NCBI RefSeq assembly: GCF_001949145.1
Contig: NW_019091362.1
Span: forward strand, 558,670 to 622,669
Source: Acanthaster planci
Lineage: Eukaryota
Length of the DNA: 64,000 nucleotides
Reading direction: 5' to 3'
Shown: positions 28,581 through 41,449 of the stretch, piece after piece
How the letters are laid out: each line of letters starts with the position of its first letter
How positions within the stretch are numbered: position 1 is the stretch's first letter
The notes under the pieces: generated by a model
Database searches by the model: none
What the model was told of the DNA's origin: nothing
What the model saw: the letters and a program-made list of their open reading frames with translations, nothing else
Translations under genes and position numbers: made by a program

Positions 28581-31500
28581 GTAAACTTGACTTGAGTTCC
28601 AAATGTTCATGCCCTATGAATTGTACAATGCAGCTTTTGCCTCGGAGCACTAGACATGAAGGAAAGGATGCAATGAAGATTCAAAACCAGGGATTTACGT
28701 CCACCTGACCCATCTCTCCTATTATGCTCTCCCTCGTCATCTTCTGATACATTTCTGATTTAATGTTGTAGTAATAGAGTACAAAATTTAAATTTTGATG
28801 GTTTCATTTGCTACCTTTTTTTCAAATTTGAACAAGTTCACCTGTCAGGTTGAAAAAATAATTTTCATTTTAAAATAACTCCTTAAATGACACTAACTTT
28901 TCTGAACACCGTGTCTGCAAAACCTAATACTTTCAATCTTCTGAATTTCAGTCTTGCACTTTGCCATGCAAAAGTTAAAGTTTCCTTTTTTGTTTGCTCT
29001 TTTCTTGGGGGGGGGATCCTTACATTATTGATCTTGATGTCCAAAGACAAGTGTTTTTGTGAACATGGAGCACAGTGGTGTGAATTTGTATAGTTAAACC
29101 AAAGGTACATGTTTGAGTGAATCATCGTTTGAATTGAGTCAGTTGAGTTGGGTCGATTGTGCACACATCATTGTGCCTGTCAATTCATCACCTGAAGGAA
29201 ATAGGATACCATTTGCTTTGGTGTATGTTTAGCGATCATTCTGAAAACTCTGTAACATTTACATTCGTAGAGAATGACGTTATTGATGTGAACATGAACA
29301 TGAAGTGATGTACATGGTCACAAAAAGGCTTTCAGCTTGTTTGAGATCTAAGGTTATTTTGCCGGAGATCAGTGGCAATAATTTAGGCAGTCTTTTGCAA
29401 GGGATGATTGATTACTTACTATTCAAAATTAACAAAGAGATCTGGGAAGTTATACTTTAACATATATCTGTAAATGGCAAAATTTTGTGCCAATAGTTGG
29501 ATTGATAAATAGGGGGAAATATTTCTGTCCTAAAATGACTTACCTGATGGGATTATGGGAGAGATAGTTGCAGCTAAGGGGTCTTGATTTTTAGAGTTAC
29601 TAGTAAACTTCACGTGCAGTGTAGCCTGTAAGGTTTAAGCTTTCACCAGAAATGTGTGGTGAGGAATCAGATTGGCTAAAAATCAGCCAGATCTGTGGAT
29701 TTTTAGGGAGAATTGAAGAGATATTGTTGGAGACAGTATTTTTTATTTTGAAAATTTGTAGTGTGTCTTGAATTGGTAACCATGGTTACAGATCAAACCT
29801 GGCTGTGATAATGGATTTGTCTTGTGCCAAAGGACTTAAGTTATCACTTACGGCAGCTTTGCAGGAACGGAATGACACTCTTGCGACTCCGAGCAGTCGT
29901 CATAGCTCTTCCGAGAATTGTTCCCTTGCGAATGAAATCCGTCATATTCTGGCTACATCCTGCCATAACTCATTGTTAACGTCACAGAGAATAGTGGGTT
30001 CTTGCAACCCGAGGTATAGGTAAGCAGAGAGAATAAGAGAGTAAGTTGATTGCACTGATTTCCTTGTTCTTTGACGCAATCCGTATTTGCCCAGTAGCTG
30101 TGCGGGTGTTTTTTAGGATTAAGTTGTTCCGAGAAGCCTCCTCCGACATGCCCTAGTTTCTGAATCCCGTAGACTCCATTGTATCCTCCGCCGCGTTTTA
30201 CTGAATTTAGAATTTTTGCATCTCGGCATAAGCCCCCAGCTTTGTACTTAATCCCCGTCAGTTTCGGAAATCCTCTAAGCAACATCGGAAATTGCTTAAT
30301 TCGTTACCGGCCAATGCAGTTGTATGTTGTGCGAGTGTACCGGCTGCTTTGGTCAGGTGCCCGTGTAAAGAAAGTTTAGCAGCTGCTGTTCTGTGATTCC
30401 AGGAACGTCTTATACCTGTTGCTTAAGGAGAAGTGCGGCCAGGTGGTTGTATTTGTGACTGATGGACAAGTTGGAAAGACAGAAAAGGCTGGTTTCAAGT
30501 CTTGCCAGTGGGCCGTCTTGTACTTCCGGGGGGGGGGGACTGGAAGCCCTCACCTGCCTTTCTGAAGGAGCTCCCTACTCTGGCCTGGCTTCAACTGTTT
30601 ACCATGAGCTTAAAGCTGTATTTTACATGCTTGTCTTAAAAATTTGAGGCCACCTGATTTTTTGGCTGTAGACATATTGGTACTAGCAGGTCCCATGAGT
30701 CCTGTGACTTGAAAGTGGCCGTTTCACCTTAAAATGAAGCCCTACCAATTAGCCCCCACCAGCTATGGAGAAACAAGCCTTAAACCACTTGCACTGGATA
30801 AAAGCAGCACTGGCCGTAACGTCATCACATTTATTAAAATGCGATTCCTCCATTCAAGACGTACATAGCTGCAAACATGACTGTGTCGTGTGTCACTGTT
30901 GATCATCACCTGGAATTGCTGATGCCCCTTGCCAGGGTAGCCTACTGATAGATCCCTACACCCTCCCTTCCTTTTGATGTTGATGCATCCTCAGCAGGTG
31001 CATCTCACCATTATCTCATGCCATGGGAAGGTGTTTGTTTTTAGTGGAGGGTTTAAGTCCTCTGAATCCTAAGCCTGCTCATCCATGGGGGAGATGACAC
31101 CTCCTTCTTATGTTCGGTACATGGGGATTTGGGGATTGTGGCTCACACTGCAGCTGTGAAAACTTATAGCTCAGAAGCTGAATTGAGACGGAGAGTTTAG
31201 TAGGCATGAACAGGTAGATCCTGTTTCAGCGGATTTCAGTTTCAAACTGCTTACATTTCATGCTCTCCAGACGATCAAGGCACATACAAGTTGGTAATTT
31301 CGGCCATTTTAAGCACCGGAAAGAGATAATACCATTTGAATTCCGTACTGTGTTGCTGTTTGCATTGTCAGATACATGTACGAAGTGTGTAACTCACTAC
31401 TGTGTCTTTATCCATGTCTTTTAGGTAGTCTTTTGATAATCATCAAAGCAATTCCAGGGTGTTGCTACTCATGTAGAAGGAAAATTGGATATAAGAGCTG

Positions 31501-32568
31501 CATAAGGGAGCAAAACGGTTCATTGTATTTAAAATTCGTAGTGCTTTAGATATACATGTTCATGTACTTGAAAAGTATCTTCTACAAAAGAATTGAAATG
31601 AGAGGCATGCACGGCGGGAAGATACTCTGGGCTTTGATCGCCACCATACTCAACCAAGTTGATGGTTCAAAGTGTGTAGACAAAAGCTGGTTCTCATCCA
31701 GTGTCGCTTTCTGACCGTGAATTGAACTCAAGCCACTTTGGGCAAATTGGGGGAAGATTGTATTTGGATTGTGGCTTGAAAAGAAAAGGAAACATTGTAA
31801 TAGGTTTGAGGCATAGCCGGTGATAGATTTCTCTGAATTCACAGGACTGACTGATCGGGTTGAAGGGAAAATGTACATTACCAAACTAGCACACTGTACA
31901 TGTGCCCACACATGTATCGATGTACAATATTCAGTTCCTTTGGGACAGGACTGTAACTTGTACAAACTAATAAAATCATGGATTTATTAGTTTAGTTTTA
32001 GGCTGGACAACAAATATGACTGGAGTAGGATTTGGACCTATGACTTCCGGTGTTGCTCCAACTTGAGCCATCCAGCCCCATGTTGGCTGTTCCTCACGGC
32101 TGTCTGCCTAACCCCATCAGTACCAGAGCCATGCACGTAGTTGAAAAACCTGCAGAATCCATCCACCATTCCTACCCCTCCACCTCACCCCGATTCCTTA
32201 CACCGCTCATCTCCCCTCATCCTAATACCTGCCTCCCCTAGCCCCCCAAAAAACCTGCTCTCACTCCAGACTTTGATTTCCATGGTTTTCTGTAGGGGCC
32301 GTGTACAGTGTGAAACATGAATAATATGTTGCCATGGCATCCTTTGCTGTTGATGAACCAGAACCTTACCCAGCACTAACCCCCCCTCGACTGATACATG
32401 AACATCACCCTCACTCTACCGCACATTTCAAAAGCAAACCAGTTTCTCTCTTTGCAAGGACAGTATGCGTGTTCTAATTTGTTTTCAATCCAGTGACTAC
32501 TTACGTGTACCTTACTTCAACTTTCTTAGAAAGTTGTACATCACCTACCAACCTGCCTCAGTGATCTC

Positions 32569-32677
32569 AAGCAAAAGGTTTAGTGCAAAAGAGCTGAGGT
32601 CCTTGGGAACAACATTACAAAAAAACAATGTGGCCAATTTTGTAGCTTCTCAAATGGCTTTTACTCTCCCAAATGGG
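32569..32677 (+). repeat. Dispersed repeat of about 110 bp, copy A
   Basis: aagcaaaaggtttagtgcaaaagagctgaggtccttgggaacaacattacaaaaaaac...caaatggcttttact, close match to 36448-36556. Confidence 0.88.
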
Positions 32678-35600
32678 ACTGTCAAATCCCCTTGTTCTCT
32701 GAAAATGGTAATTTATTGGCAACAATGCATCAAATGTCCCAATTATGGCATCGAGAATGTCCGCCTTTTGGCCCCATGAAATGACTTCTTACTGCCATAT
32801 TAGATTTGCTTGGCACCATGGGCCTGCAGGTAATTTTCTGAGCATAAAGCCATTTGGCTACGAGACCATGTACCGTGTGCCCAACACTTTCTGAAACCTT
32901 GGAGAGATCGTCCAGGTGGGGTTCCAACCAACGTCATCCTTCCCGAGTGTTGTAGTCCCTTAATCTGGATGGATTGCAAAGAATGAAAATCATTAGAAGT
33001 GTTTCCCAGCTTGTTCCCTGCACATTGAGAAGACAAGTGGAAAAAGTTGTGTCAAAATTTCTCTGCTGCATCTTGAAATTACGCAGGACTCTATAGCTAG
33101 TGGCGACAGCCACCATCATACATGTAGACTCCCGTGTAATTTCAGGCTGCAGCCAAAAATTAAACACGGCAGTTGTCTCAGTGGGAAGCAAGTGCAGTGT
33201 TTGTATTAGATCGTAGCAGTGTCATTTTACATGTAAATTACAACTGCTATGAAAGTCAGTTCTTTTTCCCAGTTGCCAGCTCTCTGTACAAACAGAAGCT
33301 GTCATTGTTATACACAGCAACGGCAGTCCTTTGGTAACGATAGGAACACACTGCGTGCATGAACATGTTCTATGTTTGATGCAGGCCATGATGAGCATGC
33401 GTGACAAATCTTTGTTAGAATGTAGGGTCTTTCACAGCCTCTCCTTCCTTCGTCAGTGAGATGGTGTTTTGCGGGTAGTTATCAACGCTGACCTTTGTTT
33501 GAACTTACATTCTCTTTAAATTACACTGTGTGATGGTACGACAGAGCAGTCTATTTTTATCACAAGTCCAAATATCATGCTACACCTGCCGATTGTGGCG
33601 TAATGGTTCCTTTTTTCCTCTTGCCCCTAGTTCCACCTGTCTCACACTGGCCTCCAAAGACCAACCATCTGTTAAATTGTTGCCTGTGTCATCAGGGTGT
33701 CGTAATTTTGTTATCTTCCTTTTTAAAAATCAAACCAATTACCTCAAGTGCAGATCCAGGTTATGTTTTGGTTTCTGAGGTAGTTTGTTGTCAGTTTCTT
33801 TGTGTCTCCATGGAGCTGTGATCAGTCAAGGAGGAGAGAATTGTTCACATTTACCCAATCAATCAGTCAATCGGTTGGAAGACCTGTGGTTGTGTTCTCT
33901 TCATTACTGGAAAACAAATCAATCGAGATTGTAAATTATTGATGGACTAGTACAGTGAATGTTTCCGGTCTGCAGTCTGCACAATCATCAGTTTAGTATG
34001 TATCCTGCAGTGGAATTAAATCATCTATCTGACAATTTTAGCCAGCTTGCAAGTATGTTGATGTTAAACACTCAGGATAAAAAAAAAAAGAAGTAACAAA
34101 AGAGAAGCACACAAAGCAGCATTAAAATATGATGGAAACCTGCAATTGAGGTGTACACTGCTACAATTTTAACATTATGTCTCATTCAGTATCAAATACT
34201 TTGAGGAAGTAACCCCAAATAAAAAATAAATAGAAAGAAAAAAGAATTAGTGAAGCCTTAGTGTCCAAACCATTTTCCCAGCTAAATTTAGCAAGTTATT
34301 ATACTCGTGTCTTGATTTGGTTACAGAAGAAATGTCCAATGTATATTTCTTTACAGTAATGGCACACTTCTCGGTATGAAAGGGCATGGGTTCAGCTCTA
34401 TCGACAAGAAGGTCTTTCAGACTTATTTTAATTGTTCAAGATCCCAGCAGGTGCAACTTCCCGCCTGTAATTTGACAAAAACAAACATGCCTTAATTGCA
34501 TCTTTATTCTTGGAATTTACTGTATGTAAGACCCTTCAGACAATATTTTGAAGTAACTAAAATCCCATGTTGTTTGACTGCCTATCAAAAATAGACCAGA
34601 GTTTGATGTAATGGTGCTCTGGGTTACAAAATTTTTGTAAAGAGGGATCTACCAAATATATACTTGTGCGTTATTTGATCCCCATATCTGCATAGTACTA
34701 CAATTACTAGAAATACAAGGCATTAGTAACAAATATAGAGCCTGCTTTTTACCCATGGAGTTATGATTACTCTTGACTGTCTGCTTGTTTGTATTTAGAG
34801 CAATGCTAGATCACATTCACTGGAGGAACTACGGGTAGATCATAATCTGTTAAGTTTTTTTTTTTTTTAAGCGGAGGAAAACAAGATTGAAATCAGAGGC
34901 ATGGTCTGATTTTTTTTTTTTTCAGTTTGTTTCATGTGTCAGTCAGAAACACTGTGGGGGCCTATTACAGTCTGAGGGTAGCATTTCCATTGAAGTCTGT
35001 GGAGTGTAGGATATTATGTATGACTTGAGTACTGCCGTTCTTGTGGGTGCGTGTTTTGGGATGCAAGCCACTCGATATATCAAGTTTTGTCTTGGAAACT
35101 GTGTTGCTGGGGCAATAGATGGATCCCGATACGACGTTTTTAGCGTCGATCTGCACTCTTCCGCGTTTGAAAACGAGGCTGTATGTGTCAGCTTCAATTC
35201 TTAATACGATCAGACGATTGAAAGTAAGGAGTCAAGACACAAAATACTTAAAGGTATGTTAAATTCAAACTTTTCAGGCTGCAAATTTTTGCGGAAGAGT
35301 CTTTCAGGATGACTCAACACGTAAAATTAAAAGAAAAAATAACGACAATTGACGGCTAACTAACGTACCAGCGATGGTCGTGTATTTTGTGCAGTGGGCG
35401 TAGTTTAAACTGAAGTGGCGTCACGTCACACAAACCGGATAGTGCATGTACTGTGTGGACTCCACGGGCGCGCATGACAAAGTTCCACATAGAGAGCCTC
35501 GGTTTCGATGCAGATATGTGCAGATGGCGCTTATGTGAAATCCCTCTATTCCTTGATGCTACACAGAGCCCTTCTGAACAAAATGTACAGATTCAGTTAC

Positions 35601-35865
35601 TTTTTTTGACAATATTATCATATCACTGAGTCCCACACAAGTCCTAAGGCTATTTTTCTCGGGAATTTTCTTTGAGTTTGCTATCCCACCTGAGCACAAC
35701 CAAGAGAGGGCGCAATTTTTTGAGGCTCCTTTGGAGGGAACTGCACTTTGCTGGTTCGCCACTAACTATGACATGTATGCATTGCAGTCATGTTACTACA
35801 AACAACATTAACCACTTCCTGCCGGGGACTCCGGGATCGGAGACGTATGGTTTATATGGGTGGCC

Positions 35866-36283
35866 NNNNNNNNNNNNNNNNNNNNNNNNNNNNNNNNNNN
35901 NNNNNNNNNNNNNNNNNNNNNNNNNNNNNNNNNNNNNNNNNNNNNNNNNNNNNNNNNNNNNNNNNNNNNNNNNNNNNNNNNNNNNNNNNNNNNNNNNNNN
36001 NNNNNNNNNNNNNNNNNNNNNNNNNNNNNNNNNNNNNNNNNNNNNNNNNNNNNNNNNNNNNNNNNNNNNNNNNNNNNNNNNNNNNNNNNNNNNNNNNNNN
36101 NNNNNNNNNNNNNNNNNNNNNNNNNNNNNNNNNNNNNNNNNNNNNNNNNNNNNNNNNNNNNNNNNNNNNNNNNNNNNNNNNNNNNNNNNNNNNNNNNNNN
36201 NNNNNNNNNNNNNNNNNNNNNNNNNNNNNNNNNNNNNNNNNNNNNNNNNNNNNNNNNNNNNNNNNNNNNNNNNNNNNNNNNNN
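35866..36283. other. Assembly gap (N run)
   Basis: Continuous N. Confidence 1.
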
Positions 36284-36447
36284 AACACTCCTTACCAACA
36301 TGGATCTTTTCGACCAATGAGGGGGTGCTTCTGCTCAAGGCGGATAGAAAGAGTGAACGTAGCTCTTTCTTTTTGAAGAATTACTCAGGTTGGCATCCTG
36401 ATTAATATAGATATCATGTGAAGTGAAAAATGTTAATGATTTGTAAT

Positions 36448-36556
36448 AAGCAAAAGGTTTAGAGCAAAAGAGCTGAGGTCCTTGGGAACAACATTACAAA
36501 AAAACTATGTTGCCAATTTTGTTGTTTTTCAAATGGCTTTTACTTTTCCAAATTGG
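36448..36556 (+). repeat. Dispersed repeat of about 110 bp, copy B
   Basis: aagcaaaaggtttagagcaaaagagctgaggtccttgggaacaacattacaaaaaaac...caaatggcttttact, direct-orientation match to 32569-32677. Confidence 0.88.
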
Positions 36557-38014
36557 TTTGTCACAGATTATACCACTGTTTGTGGCATTCAGCATGAGCG
36601 GCTTACCACCAGGGACAAAAGCGCTCCAGCGGTGAGCGATAGAATACCGCTGCCTGCTAATCTGGCCCCTATTGAAAAGACGTCAGCAGTGCACTGTCCC
36701 TGTTTCGGGAACAAAAGAAAATGACATAACACCACACAATCTGAGCTCTTTTTACAAGGCAGCAGGCCTGGCTGAAATACTCGGGCATCAGTAAATGGGT
36801 GTCTGTCAGATTAGAGTGGCCACCAGACAGTCATTCGTGTAGGTGTAAACATAACGTAAATGAAGATATGAATTTTTAAAGAATTTTGAAACAAAAAAAA
36901 TGAAAAATTACCCGGCCCAGCAGAATCAACATGGATAAATGGGCCCGGCACGAAGCGTTTAACGTGCATTTTGCACCATTTTTTAAAGGCCTTTAAATCA
37001 GAACTGGCTCTGACAATTTTTGACTTGAGTTTTTTTAATCAAAGGATCAATGCAGTGAGTTTCCTGAGAAGAAATGTTTGTGCATGTTTAAAACCGTTCT
37101 TTAATGTATGAAAATTGTTTAAGTCTTTCTTGAGTTCAGTGAACTGTAAAATACACTTTTTTGAATATTCAAACTTGACCAAGCTTTTCCAGACAAGTGA
37201 GGGCACTGTAAGTTTGATGTTAATTCAGGAAGAAACTGTTTAGTTTGCACGTTTCCCTGTTCAAAATTTTAATCTCAGATTTGCTCTTTGAAAACATTTC
37301 TGAGTGAGAAAAATTTGCTTTTTGCCTTGTACTTATACAACAACAAATTGCCGAAGGAAATGGAAATCTTCAAAAGCAAAACGTAGAAAAACTAGCAATT
37401 TTTGTGCCCAAATCAATGCAACATTGAGGTTCAGTAGATCAGATAACAGCCTCAGATTAGTGTAATATTGTTTTTACAAAAAAAAATTTAATTCATCAAA
37501 GCCCTGGTGAATCTAAATTTCACAAAATCTGAATCTAAAACTTCACCTTTTCCTAAATTGCTGGCTCAAATGAAAGACGTTTTCTTTTCCTTCAAAACAG
37601 GTTTTAATTTACACTGAAACAGGATATGGAATTTAATTCTTTAGTGAGTGGATGTAGTGGAAGTTTTCAATGAATAAAGCTTTGGCTTTGATGTTTGTGA
37701 GATATTTGCCCTAAGGGGATTTTTATGAAGAATGAGAAAAATTGTTTCTCATCAGGTACCGATGGCAAGGACTATTGTGCCACAAAGGTAAAAGAGCAAA
37801 GCATCCACCACACTCTCTGTAACATTTGAGGCCAAGGAAGAAAGATGCTGTTGCCACAACAGGTCTTTTGAAGCGTCGCGTCAAATATAGCCTGAACTTG
37901 AGAGATAGACGTTGTGTATTGTAGAACAAAGGCTATCCCAGGCTCTGATTATCAGAGGATGCCCTTTTTCCTTGAGATTTCTGTCCACAAAGACCAAAGA
38001 AATCATTTGGAGTG

Positions 38015-38029
38015 CGTTGCCTAGCAACG
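38015..38029. promoter_or_regulatory. Consensus RFX X-box motif
   Basis: CGTTGCCTAGCAACG fits the GTNRCC(N0-3)RGYAAC consensus fully. Function is not demonstrated. Confidence 0.4.
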
Positions 38030-39847
38030 GGATGTAGTGATGACTCTTCATCATGCTTCTTGATGTAGTCTCTGAAACTGTGACCAAAGATTTTTGACCA
38101 AATAGTGTTTCATTTTTGAAGACTGATACCGGTAGGTAGGTTTCTTGTTCTCTGTCATACTCCCAAAATAACTGAAAAAAATTACAAAAGTTTGGTTCCA
38201 AATACAGATACATGTAAAGACAGAATATAAGGAGTGTATGAAAGAGCAAACTTTTGACTGTTCAAGTTTTAAAAAAATGCTTGTATTGTTCGTCAAATAA
38301 ATTAACCACAACAGTGAAAAAGCTGCCCTCTCTTCCATGTTTATTTTCTGTGTCATTTTTGGAAGCAATTGTATTTTTGCAATCTTTTGCTTTGGAGTCA
38401 TTTTGGTTGTACTAAGGGTCTACTTTTCTGCTTACCTGTACATAGATTACCATAGATGTGAGCTTTACAGACGTGAATCTCCAAAAGTTAAGGATTGAGG
38501 TTAAGTTTGATAAATGAATCTTCTAGGGGAAGATTGTTTGCTTTTGAAACTTTAAACTTATATTTTATTGCTTAATCATTGGTTGTTAGATATTGTGTCT
38601 TTGTTAAAAATATTAATAATAAATGATATGTACACATTTAGATCTCTCAAGAGGTTGCATTTAATTTCATTGATATGCTCGTGTGATATTTTTACAGTGG
38701 ACAATTTAAAAACTTGTAGATTTTTTTATGATTTGATCAGTGTTCAATGATATCAATAAATTCAAAAGTTCTAACTGTGGCAAAGGAATCTTGAAAGGTT
38801 GACAGAAAAATAGTCATATGACCTGGCATAGTTTATGCCTTCCTGTCAGTTTGGAATCGTACGCCATTCCAAGCTTGATAAGTTGTAGTGGATAAAAAGT
38901 CAAGGGGAAATAAACGTCTGGCTAATTTATCAGGCCACATTGTTATGGAAAATTGGGTCTTTCTTGTAGCGAGGAGACTGGAACATTGGTCGTTTGTCAT
39001 CACTGTTGATCCAGTTGGTGAAAAATTATCCACGCTGCCAAGTTGACATATTTTCAATTTGGTCTGTGTATGCTTTGGGTTGCGGCCTGTACAGGAAATG
39101 ATACGATGTGCATTTGTCAACAGAATGGATTAATCAGTCACGCATGATCCCCAGTCAATTTTTTTTTCTTCTCCGTAGAATCAGAAGTTCCTAGCAGCAT
39201 ACCAGAATGGCAGGTTATGTTAACGAGTTTGCAACATAGTGTCAGCATGTTAGTAAACCATCAGCAGCGTAACATGCTTTTATTGTGCATGAATGGTCAC
39301 GTCTGTCAGCACCACACTGTTGATTCATGTCTTGATGGTTACCTGCTCATGCTGAAGATGCAGTGAACTTGTAAAAAGTTGTCTGTTTTCCTGAAAGTAA
39401 TTGATTTTCTTATTCACTGGATTATTTGATTGGCTTTGTAACTTATCTACATTTTCTTCATCTTTTTTTTTTAATTTTGTTTTTAGATTGACATTCCTAT
39501 TTACAATAGTTTTGTGGATTTACATGTCCACACATGGATAGTGAAAGAAGTGGATCGACTATCAAACTCAAAGACAGGTATAGTGGTCTACCCATAAAAG
39601 AAACCTAATCCAAAGATTCAAAGAAGAGAAAAAGTACCTGTGACATGTTAATGCTAACAGCCAATTCTGTCTTACCTGAAACACTCATTGATAGCCTGTC
39701 TTACACTTGAAACACCCGTCAACAATTGTTTCCAGGCATATGCCTGGAATCACTGTCAGCATTCCTTGTAGCCTTTTAATTTTTTTACTTTCATAGCAAA
39801 ACGTTTTGCCATTAAAAACCTTACAAAATTCAGTAAGTGATTCATTC

Positions 39848-40691
39848 NNNNNNNNNNNNNNNNNNNNNNNNNNNNNNNNNNNNNNNNNNNNNNNNNNNNN
39901 NNNNNNNNNNNNNNNNNNNNNNNNNNNNNNNNNNNNNNNNNNNNNNNNNNNNNNNNNNNNNNNNNNNNNNNNNNNNNNNNNNNNNNNNNNNNNNNNNNNN
40001 NNNNNNNNNNNNNNNNNNNNNNNNNNNNNNNNNNNNNNNNNNNNNNNNNNNNNNNNNNNNNNNNNNNNNNNNNNNNNNNNNNNNNNNNNNNNNNNNNNNN
40101 NNNNNNNNNNNNNNNNNNNNNNNNNNNNNNNNNNNNNNNNNNNNNNNNNNNNNNNNNNNNNNNNNNNNNNNNNNNNNNNNNNNNNNNNNNNNNNNNNNNN
40201 NNNNNNNNNNNNNNNNNNNNNNNNNNNNNNNNNNNNNNNNNNNNNNNNNNNNNNNNNNNNNNNNNNNNNNNNNNNNNNNNNNNNNNNNNNNNNNNNNNNN
40301 NNNNNNNNNNNNNNNNNNNNNNNNNNNNNNNNNNNNNNNNNNNNNNNNNNNNNNNNNNNNNNNNNNNNNNNNNNNNNNNNNNNNNNNNNNNNNNNNNNNN
40401 NNNNNNNNNNNNNNNNNNNNNNNNNNNNNNNNNNNNNNNNNNNNNNNNNNNNNNNNNNNNNNNNNNNNNNNNNNNNNNNNNNNNNNNNNNNNNNNNNNNN
40501 NNNNNNNNNNNNNNNNNNNNNNNNNNNNNNNNNNNNNNNNNNNNNNNNNNNNNNNNNNNNNNNNNNNNNNNNNNNNNNNNNNNNNNNNNNNNNNNNNNNN
40601 NNNNNNNNNNNNNNNNNNNNNNNNNNNNNNNNNNNNNNNNNNNNNNNNNNNNNNNNNNNNNNNNNNNNNNNNNNNNNNNNNNNNNNNNNNN
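39848..40691. other. Assembly gap (N run)
   Basis: Continuous N. Confidence 1.
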
Positions 40692-40821
40692 AGTTGGTTC
40701 CAGGCACTTGGTCTGTGTACTTAGACACCGCTTCTAGACGTGAATGCTCAGTTATTTTCATTCAGTTGGTTACGGGCACTTGGTCTTGTAATTAGGCACC
40801 GCTTCTAGACATGAATGCTCA
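40692..40821. repeat. 72-bp minisatellite (at least about 2 copies) abutting a gap
   Basis: agttggtt.c.ggcacttggtct..gta.ttag.caccgcttctagac.tgaatgctcag starts at 40692 and again at 40764. Confidence 0.85.
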
Positions 40822-41449
40822 GGTACTTGGTAACCCTGTCCCAATACGCAGCCCTTTTCTAGTTTCTGGCCACTTCGCGGGCTAATCATTTTCATTTTGT
40901 GATTTGTTTATGATGTGTCATTTTCCAGACAAAATATCTCAAAATCTCAGATTTTGTCTGTACACACCGTGTTGGTTAACACCAATCTCCAGTTAATATC
41001 CATTTTTAATCCAGTTTCAATTTCATCATACATGTACATGTATGTTTGATAAGTTGAAGATTTACCTGCACTGACTTTTGCATTTGTAGGAATTTGCTCC
41101 TACCTTGATTCACAAATTTAACATTTTGCACCATTAAAACTATAATTAATTGGACAGCCTGTCAGTGATCTGAGCAATAGTTTCCCAGCAACTTGCTAAC
41201 GGTAATGGTGATATTACCAGATGTGTTGTTCACAGGTTACGGCATTTGTTAGTTTAAAGCTCACAGTTTTGTCTCATTGCATAAATGTGTGCCTACTTTT
41301 TATTTATTTGTCTTATATTTCTGCATCCATCTAGTCATTGTTTTAGGATCTTTTTCTTGTGTGTGGGTGTGTTTGTGTGTGCAGGTGGTACATGTAGGTC
41401 GGCAATTCGTGTATTGTTTGTCAACGAGATAGGATTCGCTGTTGATTAA

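Larger units (their letters stand above)
35812..36958. mobile_element. Possible TTAA-flanked (piggyBac-like) element spanning an assembly gap
   Basis: TTAA|CCACTTCCTGCCGGG at left and CCCGGCACGAAGCGT|TTAA at right match at 12 of 15 positions as inverted repeats. The interior is partly N, so the two ends may belong to separate insertions. Confidence 0.45.
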
